DNA from: an uncultured virus (IMG/VR IMGVR_UViG_3300047381_001220)
Taxonomy: Duplodnaviria; Heunggongvirae; Uroviricota; Caudoviricetes
IMG/VR virus record: IMGVR_UViG_3300047381_001220
Direction: 5' to 3' (one strand)
DNA: 64,000 nucleotides
Below are positions 10,191-20,642 of this stretch, piece by piece. The translations under genes and the position numbers were made by a program. The notes beneath the pieces are model-generated. The model was given only the letters and a program-made list of their open reading frames with translations. It did not search any database and was not told the origin of the DNA. How positions within the stretch are numbered: the stretch's first letter is position 1; every line of letters begins with the position of its first letter.

Positions 10191-11171
10191 ATGATTAAAA
10201 AATATCACATAAATATTGTAATTGATTGTAACTTTAACAAAACTTTTACAACTAAACGATATTCAATTCTTGAGCAAGTATTGATACTGGTTAGATCAAT
10301 TAAAAAAAATTGGAAATTTTCGTATACTATAAATCTTGTGTATAACTCAGTAATAGACGATGCTACATATGATAAATTGAAATTATTGGATATTGAATTG
10401 TACAATGTTCCTGTAGTTTTCAAAACCAGTAAGTTTGAGTTGTCACGATCATTGGCATATACACTTGATTTAAATGTCCAAGGTACTCATAGACTTGTGT
10501 TAGATTGTGATATGGTTGCGGTAAATGATATTTCATCTGTAATTGATGATCTAATTGAATATGATATAAGTGCGATGTATGAATATGGAACTAACACAAG
10601 TAATACGCAGGAAGAATATGATGCGTGTGTAGAGTATATTTGTGATACTATGCATTATGATAAACCAAGAAAGCAATTTTGTGTAAGTGGAAGATGTTAT
10701 GCAACTGACTATCACCTTACAAATATAGAATTGCCGTGCCCTTTATTTAATCCAATATCTTTAATAAAAGAAGATGTTGCAAAAAAGTTTGGTAGTTGTT
10801 ATGAAAAATTGTGGATTGAATTGTTTGAAGAAAAAAATCATAGGAATTCTGTACATTTGCTACAACTTGGAATGTCAATTGCGATGCAACACGTATCTCA
10901 AAATATGGGAGTCTTCATAGGTGGAATGAATATGCTACCTAATCTTTTAGTGTATGACAAATTTAAAAATTTTGAAAATGTATATCTTCTACATTGTTGT
11001 GGTAACTCATATAATTACATAAAATACTTGTGCGACGCATACCTTACTGAAGTTGAATTTCTTGGGTATGAGTTCTATTACGAAAAGATGATACCACTAC
11101 ATCGGCCGATGAAAAAAGAATTAAATAGACTTAAACATCATTACGAAAACTTGAACATTAAGGTTAAATAA
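10191..11171 (+). CDS. GT-A fold (GT8-like) glycosyltransferase
   Basis: GTHRLVLDCDM DxD; ATG 10191 follows upstream stop. Confidence 0.5.
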   Translation: MIKKYHINIVIDCNFNKTFTTKRYSILEQVLILVRSIKKNWKFSYTINLVYNSVIDDATYDKLKLLDIELYNVPVVFKTSKFELSRSLAYTLDLNVQGTHRLVLDCDMVAVNDISSVIDDLIEYDISAMYEYGTNTSNTQEEYDACVEYICDTMHYDKPRKQFCVSGRCYATDYHLTNIELPCPLFNPISLIKEDVAKKFGSCYEKLWIELFEEKNHRNSVHLLQLGMSIAMQHVSQNMGVFIGGMNMLPNLLVYDKFKNFENVYLLHCCGNSYNYIKYLCDAYLTEVEFLGYEFYYEKMIPLHRPMKKELNRLKHHYENLNIKVK

Positions 11172-12052
11172 TGATAGATATAATTTGTTGTTTTAATGAT
11201 ATTGCGAATTCAGATTGGGATAAGCAAAACAAATCCTTTAAACGAGTTCACAACAAATCACTTGACTATTGTGATCAATTTATTGCTCTGTATTATAGCA
11301 TAAAGAAGAATTGGAGTTTTGATTACACAATTTATTTGTGCCATAGTTTGCCAATTTCAAATGAGACATACAATAAACTAAACAAACTTGATATAAAACT
11401 TATACAAATAGAATCCCCTAATCCTGAAAATTTTCCTTATTTGATAAGAAGTAATTCATGGAAACTGAAAACAAAGGGAACGCATAAACTTTATCTTGAT
11501 ACAGACATGATTGCGTTGAAGACTCCCGTGTTTGATTTATCAAAAGACTTTTTGGTTATGCCATGTAATAATAACATTCTATTTAATACAGATGTGTCTG
11601 ACAACTTTTCTAAGATTATAGACCACCCTATTAAAACATGGAAATACGAAAATAATATATTAAACAAAATGTGGATGGGTCAACTTACATCAAAAGAATA
11701 TATTGAGCAAAACTATTTTCCCCATATTAATGGTGGTGCGATTTTGATGAAAAATGAACTTTCTGAAAAATTTGGAAAGTCGTGGTGGCAGATTTTTAGT
11801 AAATTGCAACCGTTGGTTGATGATCTGAGACCACTTCTTTTCACAGACGGATTGACGATTACTAAGATGTCATCTAATTGGTCTATATTTGAGTTGGGTT
11901 TTAATTTCTTTGACTCGGGTGAAATGGGCCCACAACTTGATTCTAAAATTTTTAATAAAGATGCAATATCATTATATCATTATGTAACAGATAAAAATTT
12001 AACATCACGATTTGGAGAATACTTTGAGGTTTTAAACGAGGAAACAAAATGA
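11171..12052 (+). CDS. GT-A fold (GT8-like) glycosyltransferase, paralogue of upstream gene
   Basis: SIKKNW.F.YTI, GTHKLYLDTDM, INGGAIL, LYHY. Confidence 0.55.
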   Translation: MIDIICCFNDIANSDWDKQNKSFKRVHNKSLDYCDQFIALYYSIKKNWSFDYTIYLCHSLPISNETYNKLNKLDIKLIQIESPNPENFPYLIRSNSWKLKTKGTHKLYLDTDMIALKTPVFDLSKDFLVMPCNNNILFNTDVSDNFSKIIDHPIKTWKYENNILNKMWMGQLTSKEYIEQNYFPHINGGAILMKNELSEKFGKSWWQIFSKLQPLVDDLRPLLFTDGLTITKMSSNWSIFELGFNFFDSGEMGPQLDSKIFNKDAISLYHYVTDKNLTSRFGEYFEVLNEETK

Positions 12053-12106
12053 AATACAATGCAGTTTTAGACCACAACTTTGGAGAATATTAGGAGGTAA
12101 TTCAGA

Positions 12107-12703
12107 ATGAAATTTAATAACAAAATATTTGGTATTGGTTTATCTAAAACTGCTACTTGTAGTTTGACCAGTTTACTACACAATGGATTTGGTTTAAACA
12201 TTTCACATGATCCAGTAAAAATACACAACAAACAACTTTCACTAGAACGACTTGGTAACGACCCCACATACCTAGATGGAGAAACAGGACATAGACCAAT
12301 TGACGGCATAACTGATCTTCAGGCGGCAATTTTATATAAACAACTTGACAATATATACCCAACTGCAAAGTTTATATTGACTATACGAGACGAAACCAAA
12401 TGGATTGAATCAATAAGTCACAACTGGTCTACTTATATAGGATTAAATGGGCAATTTGTTAAAAGTAATACATTGAGACATACGATCACAATGCGGATGT
12501 GGGGGACAACCACCTGGTCTAGTGAAAATGTATTAAATGTGTATAGAAAACATAAACATGATGTTATAAGTTATTTTAAATTTAAGGATAATTTATTAGT
12601 TGTTGATTTAACATCAGATACACACGCAATTTCTAAAATAGAAAAGTTTTTAAATAAAAAGTGCCAACTAAAGGAAACGCCTTGGAAAAATAGGAGAAAA
12701 TAA
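12107..12703 (+). CDS. Sulfotransferase (Sulfotransfer_4-like)
   Basis: IFGIGLSKTATCSL, YPTAKFILTIRD...W..S; AGGAGG RBS upstream. Confidence 0.75.
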   Translation: MKFNNKIFGIGLSKTATCSLTSLLHNGFGLNISHDPVKIHNKQLSLERLGNDPTYLDGETGHRPIDGITDLQAAILYKQLDNIYPTAKFILTIRDETKWIESISHNWSTYIGLNGQFVKSNTLRHTITMRMWGTTTWSSENVLNVYRKHKHDVISYFKFKDNLLVVDLTSDTHAISKIEKFLNKKCQLKETPWKNRRK

Positions 12704-12704
12704 A

Positions 12705-13331
12705 ATGAAACATAATCCATTTAAAATAGTTAGAATGTTTGAAGAAGAAATCGCAGAATACGCAGGTTCTAGATACGCAGTATCAGTTGATAGTTGTACC
12801 AATGCATTGTTTTTGTGTTGTAAGTATTTAGACGCAAAAGAAGTGACGATTCCATGTAAAACATATTTGTCAGTTCCTATGAGCATTATTCATTCGGGTG
12901 CGGAGGTTGTTTTTGATAAAACACCTACAACAAATCATTGGAATGGAATTTATCAACTTAAACCATATCCGATATACGATTCTGCAAAAAGATTAACTTC
13001 AAATATGTACATTAAAGATAGTTTCATGTGTTTGTCTTTCCACATTAAAAAGCAACTTCCAATTGGAAAAGGAGGAATGATTTTGACGGACGATGCAGAT
13101 GCAGTTGAATGGTTCAAGAAAGCAAGATACGAAGGAAGAAGTGAAGTTTATTACAAAGAAGATAATGTAAAGACTTTGGGGTGGAATATGTACATGACAC
13201 CACAACAAGCATCGACCGGATTAGCATTATTCCAAAATTATCCTGAACATAACATTGATTTGGAAGAAAAAAATGGATACAGAGATTTAACCGAATTTGA
13301 TGTATTCAAGGATTGTAAAATAATAGAGTAA
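12705..13331 (+). CDS. Short DegT/DnrJ/EryC1/StrS-family sugar aminotransferase
   Basis: FEEEIAEY, AVSVDSCTNAL, DSAK, SFHIKK, GKGGMILTDD; only 208 aa. Confidence 0.75.
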   Translation: MKHNPFKIVRMFEEEIAEYAGSRYAVSVDSCTNALFLCCKYLDAKEVTIPCKTYLSVPMSIIHSGAEVVFDKTPTTNHWNGIYQLKPYPIYDSAKRLTSNMYIKDSFMCLSFHIKKQLPIGKGGMILTDDADAVEWFKKARYEGRSEVYYKEDNVKTLGWNMYMTPQQASTGLALFQNYPEHNIDLEEKNGYRDLTEFDVFKDCKIIE

Positions 13332-13406
13332 AAAATTAATTTTTAGTTAAAAGAAATTGTAACAAATGTACATCAAACAATATAATAACCAACCTTTGTA
13401 TATTTT

Positions 13407-14126
13407 ATGAAAATAGCATTTATATCATCACTTTTTGGTGATCGTGGAAATTATCCATCTTATTTTAGAAGAGTGGATGCATATGATTACTTTTTATTTA
13501 GTGACAGAGAACAAGAAGATTTTAAAACATCGTGGGACGTAATTAATATTTCGGACAACCCTTACATTGTCAATCTTGATTGTAATGTAAAAAAATCAAG
13601 GTATGCAAAATTCTTGGGATATGAGTTATTAGATTCTATGAATATAAAATATGATTGTATATATTATTGCGATGCTCATTACTCACCTGCACTGGTTGAT
13701 TGGGTTGATGTATCTAGTAAATTTATATCAGTAGATTTTAGTTTTGCACAGGACCAGCATTTTTTTAAACACATTAGAAATGGTGGAATACTTGCAGAGT
13801 TTAAAAGTATTGCAATATATCGTAAAGAAAAGCAGGAAAATATAAATAAAACAATTAATTTTTATATGGAAAATTATCCAAATATTAACTTATCTACACA
13901 ACAATATTATGCAAATACTCTACTTGGTTATTATCCGAATGATATTGTCAAAAAAGTAACCCGTGATTTTTGGGATATTTATACTAATTCTGATATTACA
14001 TTTAGGGATCAACCTACATGGAATTTGATATTACTTAAACATGGTGTCAGACCGGTGAGTAAGTTGGGAGCATTGAGACAAAAATTCAATCAGACAGGTA
14101 TTTACGGTAATCATAAATATGCTTAA
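13407..14126 (+). CDS. DUF616-like glycosyltransferase
   Basis: DYFLFSD, KSRYAKF, YYCD, FRDQPTWN. Confidence 0.6.
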   Translation: MKIAFISSLFGDRGNYPSYFRRVDAYDYFLFSDREQEDFKTSWDVINISDNPYIVNLDCNVKKSRYAKFLGYELLDSMNIKYDCIYYCDAHYSPALVDWVDVSSKFISVDFSFAQDQHFFKHIRNGGILAEFKSIAIYRKEKQENINKTINFYMENYPNINLSTQQYYANTLLGYYPNDIVKKVTRDFWDIYTNSDITFRDQPTWNLILLKHGVRPVSKLGALRQKFNQTGIYGNHKYA

Positions 14127-14153
14127 AAATAGTGTATATTAATATATATAAGC

Positions 14154-15098
14154 ATGAAACATATAGTAACCGGTGGGGCAGGATTTATTGGAAGTAATTT
14201 AGTTGATAAACTCATATTGGATGGCCATGAAGTTATAGTAATTGATGATCTATCTCTTGGAAGCAAAGATTATATAAACAAAAATGCCGAGTTTCATAAT
14301 TTTGATATATCAAGTTTAGATCCAACTGTTAATCTAAAATTATATCATAAAGCAAAAAAAATTTTTGAAAATGTAGATACAATATTTCATTTGGCTGCCC
14401 GCACACGAATACAACCTAGCATAAAAGAACCACATTCATTTAATCGTACAAATATAGGAGGTACATTAAATGTGTTGGATTTGGCAAGATTATGTAATGT
14501 GCGAAGATTTGTTTTTAGTTCATCTTCGTCTGTATATGGTAATGTTACCGAGGAAAATTTACCTACAAATGAAAATGCACCAAAAAATCCACTCAGTCCA
14601 TATGGTTTACAAAAATTAGTCGGAGAACAATATTGTAAGTTATATTCTACTATACATAAAATTGATACTGTATGCCTTCGTTATTTTAGTGTATATGGAG
14701 AACGACAACCAACCAAAGGAGATTATTCGTTGGTCATGGGAATCTTTGCTAATTTGAGATTACAAGGTAAACCTCTTACGATAAATGGTGATGGAGAGCA
14801 AAGAAGAGATTTTACTTATGTAGGAGATGTAGTATCTGCAAATATCAAAGCAAGTTCGTCTGATAAAGTCGGAAACGGAGAAGTTTTGAATGTAGGAAAT
14901 GGTGATAATAGATCAGTCAATGATATTGCTAGGATGATAGGTGGACCGACAATAAATAATGCACCTGTTATTGAACCAAGAGAAACTTTAGCAAACAACA
15001 ATAGAACTCAACGACTTTTAGATTGGAAACCTACGATGAAATTAGAGGAATGGATGCCGGAATATATTAAAAGTATCGGAATAGTTGATGAAAAGTGA
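14154..15098 (+). CDS. NAD-dependent nucleotide-sugar epimerase/dehydratase (extended SDR)
   Basis: VTGGAGFIGS, HLAA, SSSSVYG, PYGLQK, LRYFSVYG, RDFTYV. Confidence 0.9.
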   Translation: MKHIVTGGAGFIGSNLVDKLILDGHEVIVIDDLSLGSKDYINKNAEFHNFDISSLDPTVNLKLYHKAKKIFENVDTIFHLAARTRIQPSIKEPHSFNRTNIGGTLNVLDLARLCNVRRFVFSSSSSVYGNVTEENLPTNENAPKNPLSPYGLQKLVGEQYCKLYSTIHKIDTVCLRYFSVYGERQPTKGDYSLVMGIFANLRLQGKPLTINGDGEQRRDFTYVGDVVSANIKASSSDKVGNGEVLNVGNGDNRSVNDIARMIGGPTINNAPVIEPRETLANNNRTQRLLDWKPTMKLEEWMPEYIKSIGIVDEK

Positions 15099-15790
15099 AA
15101 ACGATAACCCTAATAATAACATACTTTAATCAGAAAGACTTTTTAAAAAAAATCGTAACAGATTGGAAAATGTGGAGTGAAGAAGTGAGAAACTCTTTTC
15201 ATTTTTGCATAGTGGATGATTGTAGTAAAATAAAAGCAACAGATGCTTTGTCAGATGTGCAGTTACATGATCTTGATATTGCTATATATCGTGTTTCTGA
15301 AGATAAACCTTGGAATCAACACGGTGCGGCCAACTTAGGTATGAAAATGTGTCCTACTGAATATGCAATTATATTAGATATGGATACAGTCGTCACAGAA
15401 AAATTTGCAATTGATTTATTAAAATTAACTAAACTAAACAGAAAAAATATAGCATATAAATTCAAAAGAAAATTTTTAAATGGAAAAAAACACACCGCAC
15501 ATCCAAAAGTGTGCTTGATAAATAAAAATTCTTTTTGGGAAGTTGATGGTTATGATGAAGATTTTTGTGGAAATTATGGCCATGACGATGATCTATTTTG
15601 GTGGAAATGGAAGTTGCATAAGAAGAAAATAGTTTTAAAAAAAGATATGTTTTTAATCATTGATACAGATGGTGATTCTGAATTTGAAGAAAAAAATTGC
15701 AGTATTAACGAAAAACTATATATTGAAAAGGTGAGGACTAAAAGTTGGTCAAAAAATTGTATTAGATTTAACTCCGAAAAAGTGTTATGA
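15095..15790 (+). CDS. GT2/GT7-C type glycosyltransferase
   Basis: IVDDCS, ANLG, ILDMD, VDGYDEDFCGNYGHDD. Confidence 0.75.
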   Translation: MKTITLIITYFNQKDFLKKIVTDWKMWSEEVRNSFHFCIVDDCSKIKATDALSDVQLHDLDIAIYRVSEDKPWNQHGAANLGMKMCPTEYAIILDMDTVVTEKFAIDLLKLTKLNRKNIAYKFKRKFLNGKKHTAHPKVCLINKNSFWEVDGYDEDFCGNYGHDDDLFWWKWKLHKKKIVLKKDMFLIIDTDGDSEFEEKNCSINEKLYIEKVRTKSWSKNCIRFNSEKVL

Positions 15791-16731
15791 ATGTATATTT
15801 TATAGTAAAAAATAAAAAAATAGGTTCAGCAATAATGAGAGGAGTTCAGATAGGTGAAGAACTAAGCAAACTAGGACTTTCTGCAAAAGTTCTAACACAC
15901 AGACAACTGAATAGTTCAATAGATAATTCAATTTTCATTTGGGTCAAAGAAATCAGTGAAAAATTAATTTTGAAATCACCAAATAATTTTCACATATATG
16001 ATGTAGTTGACGCATATTTACCAAATAAGAATTATGTGCAAGATTTGCTAAATAGAAATGTTTTTAACGGCCTGATTGTAAATAATCTTTACATGAAAGA
16101 TGAAATAGAAAAAACGACTGAATTTTTAGGAAAAATATTTGTATTGCATCATCACTGGGATCCAAGATTAGAAACCGCAAAAAAAATAAATCAGTCTGAG
16201 TTAAAATTGGGATTTTTTGGTTCATTAGCATCATTAAATCACACAGATAATTGCTTACATTATAAAGAACTTATGTCAGAGTTTTCTATTCAAATGTATG
16301 ATTGCGAATCTGGTGTTTATGTTAAAAATTTAGGATTTACTAATAGGTTTTTTAGACCACGAAGAAATTTGAATGCTATGAATAATTTGACTATAAATTT
16401 TAATTGTCATTTGAGTATACGAGAAAACGATACGGATGTTTCAAGATATAAAACTACTGCAAAAATTGCAACTGCATCTGCCTTTGGTCATAATATAATA
16501 ACAACAAACGAGAAATCTGTTGTGGATGTTATGGGTGAAGATTATCCATTTATTTTAAAAAACAGTGAATACAATACGGTGGCAGATATGATTGATCTTG
16601 TAAAAGAAGATTACAATTCGGATAAATTATTGTGGAACAGAGGATTGGCAAAAATGGAACAAGTCAAATATAAATTGTCTATAAATTCTATTGCTAGTAA
16701 ATATTTAGAATTATGCCAAAGTCTAAAGTAA
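15787..16731 (+). CDS. Hypothetical protein, possibly GT-B-like
   Basis: GSAIMRG, YDVVD, LGFFGS, KTTAKI; context only. Confidence 0.4.
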   Translation: MNVYFIVKNKKIGSAIMRGVQIGEELSKLGLSAKVLTHRQLNSSIDNSIFIWVKEISEKLILKSPNNFHIYDVVDAYLPNKNYVQDLLNRNVFNGLIVNNLYMKDEIEKTTEFLGKIFVLHHHWDPRLETAKKINQSELKLGFFGSLASLNHTDNCLHYKELMSEFSIQMYDCESGVYVKNLGFTNRFFRPRRNLNAMNNLTINFNCHLSIRENDTDVSRYKTTAKIATASAFGHNIITTNEKSVVDVMGEDYPFILKNSEYNTVADMIDLVKEDYNSDKLLWNRGLAKMEQVKYKLSINSIASKYLELCQSLK

Positions 16732-17549
16732 AATTAATTGGGTTGATGCTCACATACGAAAACCAAGAAGTGCTTGGTAGTTGGTTAAAATGTAATCATA
16801 AATTCTTTGACAAAATTTTTAATCTTGATGGTTCATTGAAATATAAAGAAACTATAAAAAATATATTTAAGCAATATAAAAATGTAGTGAATTATGATCA
16901 ATCAAACTATAATTTTAAAAGAGTAACAGACGGAGCATTGAGAGGTATTTTGTACAACGAAATTAAGATTTATATAAAGCAGGAAAATTTTATTAATAAT
17001 ATGGAATATGATTATTGGATTTGTGTTTGTCATCCAGATGAATTCTATATTGAGGATATATTGGAACTTGCAAATTATGCAAATGAAAACAATGAATTTA
17101 CAATAATTAAATGTAGAAACTTACACGTGTGTCCTCTTAAAAGTGAATACGATGAATGGAACAAGTTTAAAAGTTTTAAGATTTTTAACAATTTTGTATA
17201 TCCTGGATTTACTGAAAAAAGAATTTTCAAGTTTAATCCAAGGTCCTTTTACAGACCCGGACGACATTCACGTGTAATACCTATAAAGTATTTTGAAAGG
17301 GATTGTGACAGAGTTTTTAATGCATTACATTATAAGATAATAAATCCAGGTACACACGCACAACTCGAAGCACCCTGGAGTGGTTTGAGATGGCACTTTC
17401 CACATAACCATGAATTTACGTCACCCGAATCCTATTTTTTAGATAAACCTGCTGGAAAATATGAAAACAACCAATTAAAATCAAAACAAGAACTTTTAAG
17501 AAATAATGAATTTGTTTTAAAGGAATTGACTATCGAGGATATATTGTGA
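16713..17549 (+). CDS. GT2-like glycosyltransferase
   Basis: LDGS, WICVCHPDEF, ALHYK. Confidence 0.55.
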   Translation: MPKSKVKLIGLMLTYENQEVLGSWLKCNHKFFDKIFNLDGSLKYKETIKNIFKQYKNVVNYDQSNYNFKRVTDGALRGILYNEIKIYIKQENFINNMEYDYWICVCHPDEFYIEDILELANYANENNEFTIIKCRNLHVCPLKSEYDEWNKFKSFKIFNNFVYPGFTEKRIFKFNPRSFYRPGRHSRVIPIKYFERDCDRVFNALHYKIINPGTHAQLEAPWSGLRWHFPHNHEFTSPESYFLDKPAGKYENNQLKSKQELLRNNEFVLKELTIEDIL

Positions 17550-18271
17550 ATTTAGTTGTATTATATTTAAAATATGATGTAAATGATTATCGTGATACGT
17601 TTCAAATATTGCTTGGTAATCTTTCTAATTTAAATTGTAATATTACATTTGTTGATATAGATAATAAATTTGAAGATAAAAAGCCGTGTATAATCGGAGA
17701 TGTTCATTTAATACCGGGATGTAATAAAAATTGGGAGTTTTCTGGATGGCAATCTGGATTAAATTATGTAAATGAAAATTTGGATTATGATTTAATTTTA
17801 TTTGCAAACGATTCGTGTGTAAGGTCTGGAAAAAATTTAGTTGCAAAAAAAATAGACAATACAATACTCGGCAAAATATATAATAACAATTATTTTTTTG
17901 GCAATACAAACGGCAATAGAAAACATAACTTTTTATTTGACGGAAAAAGTTTAAATAATTGGGTAAGAACTGATTCATTTATTTTGACCAAGCATACACT
18001 TGAATGCGTTCAAAAAATTGACTTTTCATCTGAGATTGATATCGATAATTTGATTTTCGATGGCATGAATTTAGATGACTTTTTAGGTAATGAAAGATTA
18101 AATGAATTTGCAAAGAGTTTTTTAGTAAACTGGTTAACAAAACGATGGCATAAAAGATTTAATATAATGGAAAATATTGATTTGTTTAGAAATAAAACAA
18201 ATGCTATTCTAAATGAAAGACTTTTAACTTACTATGTTACAACAAATGGATTTCAGATTGTATCAAATTAA
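17546..18271 (+). CDS. Hypothetical glycan-associated protein
   Basis: WEFSGWQSG, YDLILFANDS, NERLLT; context. Confidence 0.4.
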   Translation: MNLVVLYLKYDVNDYRDTFQILLGNLSNLNCNITFVDIDNKFEDKKPCIIGDVHLIPGCNKNWEFSGWQSGLNYVNENLDYDLILFANDSCVRSGKNLVAKKIDNTILGKIYNNNYFFGNTNGNRKHNFLFDGKSLNNWVRTDSFILTKHTLECVQKIDFSSEIDIDNLIFDGMNLDDFLGNERLNEFAKSFLVNWLTKRWHKRFNIMENIDLFRNKTNAILNERLLTYYVTTNGFQIVSN

Positions 18272-18299
18272 ATAATTTCATAAGTAAAGTGGAATTTGT

Positions 18300-18307
18300 A
18301 TATTTAT
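18300..18307 (+). promoter_or_regulatory. ATATTTAT putative phage promoter element
   Basis: 4 nt before GTG 18312. Confidence 0.6.
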
Positions 18308-18311
18308 ATTC

Positions 18312-19124
18312 GTGAAAATTTGTTTTATATCTACGGTTTTTGGTGATCCAACCACGATAGATAAACCTGCATCATTTAAAAGAATAGAGGGATGTGACCA
18401 TTTCTTGTTCACGGATCATGATGCATCTTATTTTAGTGAAACCTCATGGGACATCGTCAATATAAAAGATAATAAAAATATAAGTGAGATAGAGTCTAAT
18501 ATATTAAAATCAAGATATCCTAAGTTTATGTCTTGGGAATTATTAGAATCTATGGGCAAAGCATATGACTATGTATTTTATTGTGACACTTGGACTTGGC
18601 CTAACATCAATATGGATTGGAATGACATTTGTAAAAAAATTTCTCAAAATAAGGAGTTCCCACTGGTACAATCTATGCACCCAAACCGTGTGGTTAGAAA
18701 GAATGGTATACGAGGGGAGGTTGGGTTGATTCTAAAACTAAAAAGAGAAACAAAAGAGTCACTCGATAGAACATTATCATTCATGCAGTCAACTGCACCG
18801 CAAGTTAATTTGAATGAATCTAATTATTTTTACGAGAATACTTCATTTGGGTATGAGTTTAAAAGTAATATCGTAAGAAATTTTACCAAAGAATTTTGGA
18901 AAACATACACAACCGAAAACATCTCATTCAGAGATCAACCATTATGGAACTTTATGCTTATGAAAAATAAAGTTAGACCATATAATTTACCATTGTTGAA
19001 ATGGCAGTTTAAACCAAAACCACCTATTAAAAAAACATGGATGTTTGGTAATTGTTACTTTTGCCATGACTACAATTTATTGAACGACATGACTCGTAAA
19101 AACTATAATAAAGGAAGCAAATGA
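18312..19124 (+). CDS. DUF616-like glycosyltransferase, paralogue of 13407..14126
   Basis: MKICFISTVFGD, KSRYPKF, FYCD, FRDQPLWN. Confidence 0.6.
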   Translation: MKICFISTVFGDPTTIDKPASFKRIEGCDHFLFTDHDASYFSETSWDIVNIKDNKNISEIESNILKSRYPKFMSWELLESMGKAYDYVFYCDTWTWPNINMDWNDICKKISQNKEFPLVQSMHPNRVVRKNGIRGEVGLILKLKRETKESLDRTLSFMQSTAPQVNLNESNYFYENTSFGYEFKSNIVRNFTKEFWKTYTTENISFRDQPLWNFMLMKNKVRPYNLPLLKWQFKPKPPIKKTWMFGNCYFCHDYNLLNDMTRKNYNKGSK

Positions 19125-19753
19125 ATACATTTAGACGATACAGAAAAGAATTTTTATCTAACACATCTCCAAGAACTAATATAATAAATTGGATAATAAG
19201 TAACAGAAACTACAAAAGATACTTAGAAATTGGTGTTTTTGATCCTAATAAAAATTTTAATAAAATTAAAATACCATTTAAAATAAGTGTTGATCCTGGT
19301 AAAGAAGGTTTATCTGAAGCAACCTATACACTAACATCCGATGAGTTTTTTAAACAAAATACTGAGAAGTTTGATATAATATTTATAGATGGTTTGCATG
19401 AGTCCGAACAAGTATATACAGATATAATGAATTCATTAGATGTTCTTGAAGAAGGAGGTACTATATTGACACATGATATGAATCCGCAAAAAAAGAGAAG
19501 TCAAGTCGTCCCACAAGTGCCTGGACTTTGGAATGGAGATTGTTGGAAAGCATTTGTTAAAATAAGAACTGAATTTAATAATCTAAAAATGAATGTAATA
19601 GACCATGATTGGGGGGTTGGTGTAATCAGAAGAGGACACCAAGAATTATTAAAAAATGTAGATTATACATACGAAGACTTTGATTTGAATAGAAATAAGT
19701 GGTTAAATTTAATTTCCTTTGAAAAATTCAAAAATGAGTTTTATTTTGATTAA
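19121..19753 (+). CDS. Class I SAM-dependent methyltransferase (Methyltransf_24-like)
   Basis: YLEIGV, FDIIFIDGLH, GGTILTHD, WNGDCWKA. Confidence 0.85.
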   Translation: MNTFRRYRKEFLSNTSPRTNIINWIISNRNYKRYLEIGVFDPNKNFNKIKIPFKISVDPGKEGLSEATYTLTSDEFFKQNTEKFDIIFIDGLHESEQVYTDIMNSLDVLEEGGTILTHDMNPQKKRSQVVPQVPGLWNGDCWKAFVKIRTEFNNLKMNVIDHDWGVGVIRRGHQELLKNVDYTYEDFDLNRNKWLNLISFEKFKNEFYFD

Positions 19754-19795
19754 TTTTATATTCGTTTTATTTGGTAAAATAAATTATAATAATTA

Positions 19796-19803
19796 ATATT
19801 TAT
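19796..19803 (+). promoter_or_regulatory. ATATTTAT putative phage promoter element
   Basis: 4 nt before GTG 19808 of a 9-codon mini-ORF coupled to 19834. Confidence 0.55.
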
Positions 19804-19833
19804 TAGTGTGAAATTGTTAATGGTAGGTGTGGC

Positions 19834-20622
19834 GTGAAGAAGGTAATATTATGGTGTTTTGCTGGTCGCAAGTTGTATATGGAAATACAACTTAAATATG
19901 TTACAAGATTGTTAGAGAAATACGATTTCATTGAAAGATATGACATTTGGGATATGTGCAGAACTCCCGAAGATAGAGAATACTTAAAAACTCTAGATGA
20001 TCTACATGAAAAAATAAGAATTTGCCACACACCAATTAAAGAATATGCAAGTTGGGACGATGATATATGTCATAACCATTTTGCTTATTTATATAAAAAC
20101 GCATACCCCACGGAAAAATATTACGATTATATATTTGTTAAACTAGATGACGACATAACATATTTAGATGTTGATAATTTTGACAAGTTTATAGAAATTA
20201 GAAGCAAAGATGAATCGAGTTTTTTAGTATCGGCAAATGTAGTAAATAATCAACATATGGATTATCATGGAATGTATAGAAACCATGATAACTTTCTAAA
20301 AAATTTTGAGGAGAATAAAAACAAAAAAATTGATGAAACAAACAATGAAATTTTTCAAAGGTATCATAGATTATCAATAAATTTTGCATCCTACCTTGGA
20401 AGTGATTTGCACCACATTGAACGTGAATTCGCAAACGGAATTGGATCAAAGGATGAGTGGAGGTTGTGTTCTATAATTCCAAAAAGACTTAATAAACAAA
20501 ATTTAATAGTTTCTGATTACTATGTATCACATTTTTCATTCAATAGTCAACTTAGAATAAGTGATAGTGAAGAGAACAAAATTTTGTTGGAAAGATATTG
20601 GAATTTGTTAAAAAGTAATTAA
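19834..20622 (+). CDS. GT-A-like hypothetical protein
   Basis: FAGRK.Y, FVKLDDDI, SANVVNN, SINF, SHFSF. Confidence 0.5.
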   Translation: MKKVILWCFAGRKLYMEIQLKYVTRLLEKYDFIERYDIWDMCRTPEDREYLKTLDDLHEKIRICHTPIKEYASWDDDICHNHFAYLYKNAYPTEKYYDYIFVKLDDDITYLDVDNFDKFIEIRSKDESSFLVSANVVNNQHMDYHGMYRNHDNFLKNFEENKNKKIDETNNEIFQRYHRLSINFASYLGSDLHHIEREFANGIGSKDEWRLCSIIPKRLNKQNLIVSDYYVSHFSFNSQLRISDSEENKILLERYWNLLKSN

Positions 20623-20642
20623 CTTTAAGTTTTATACCACGG

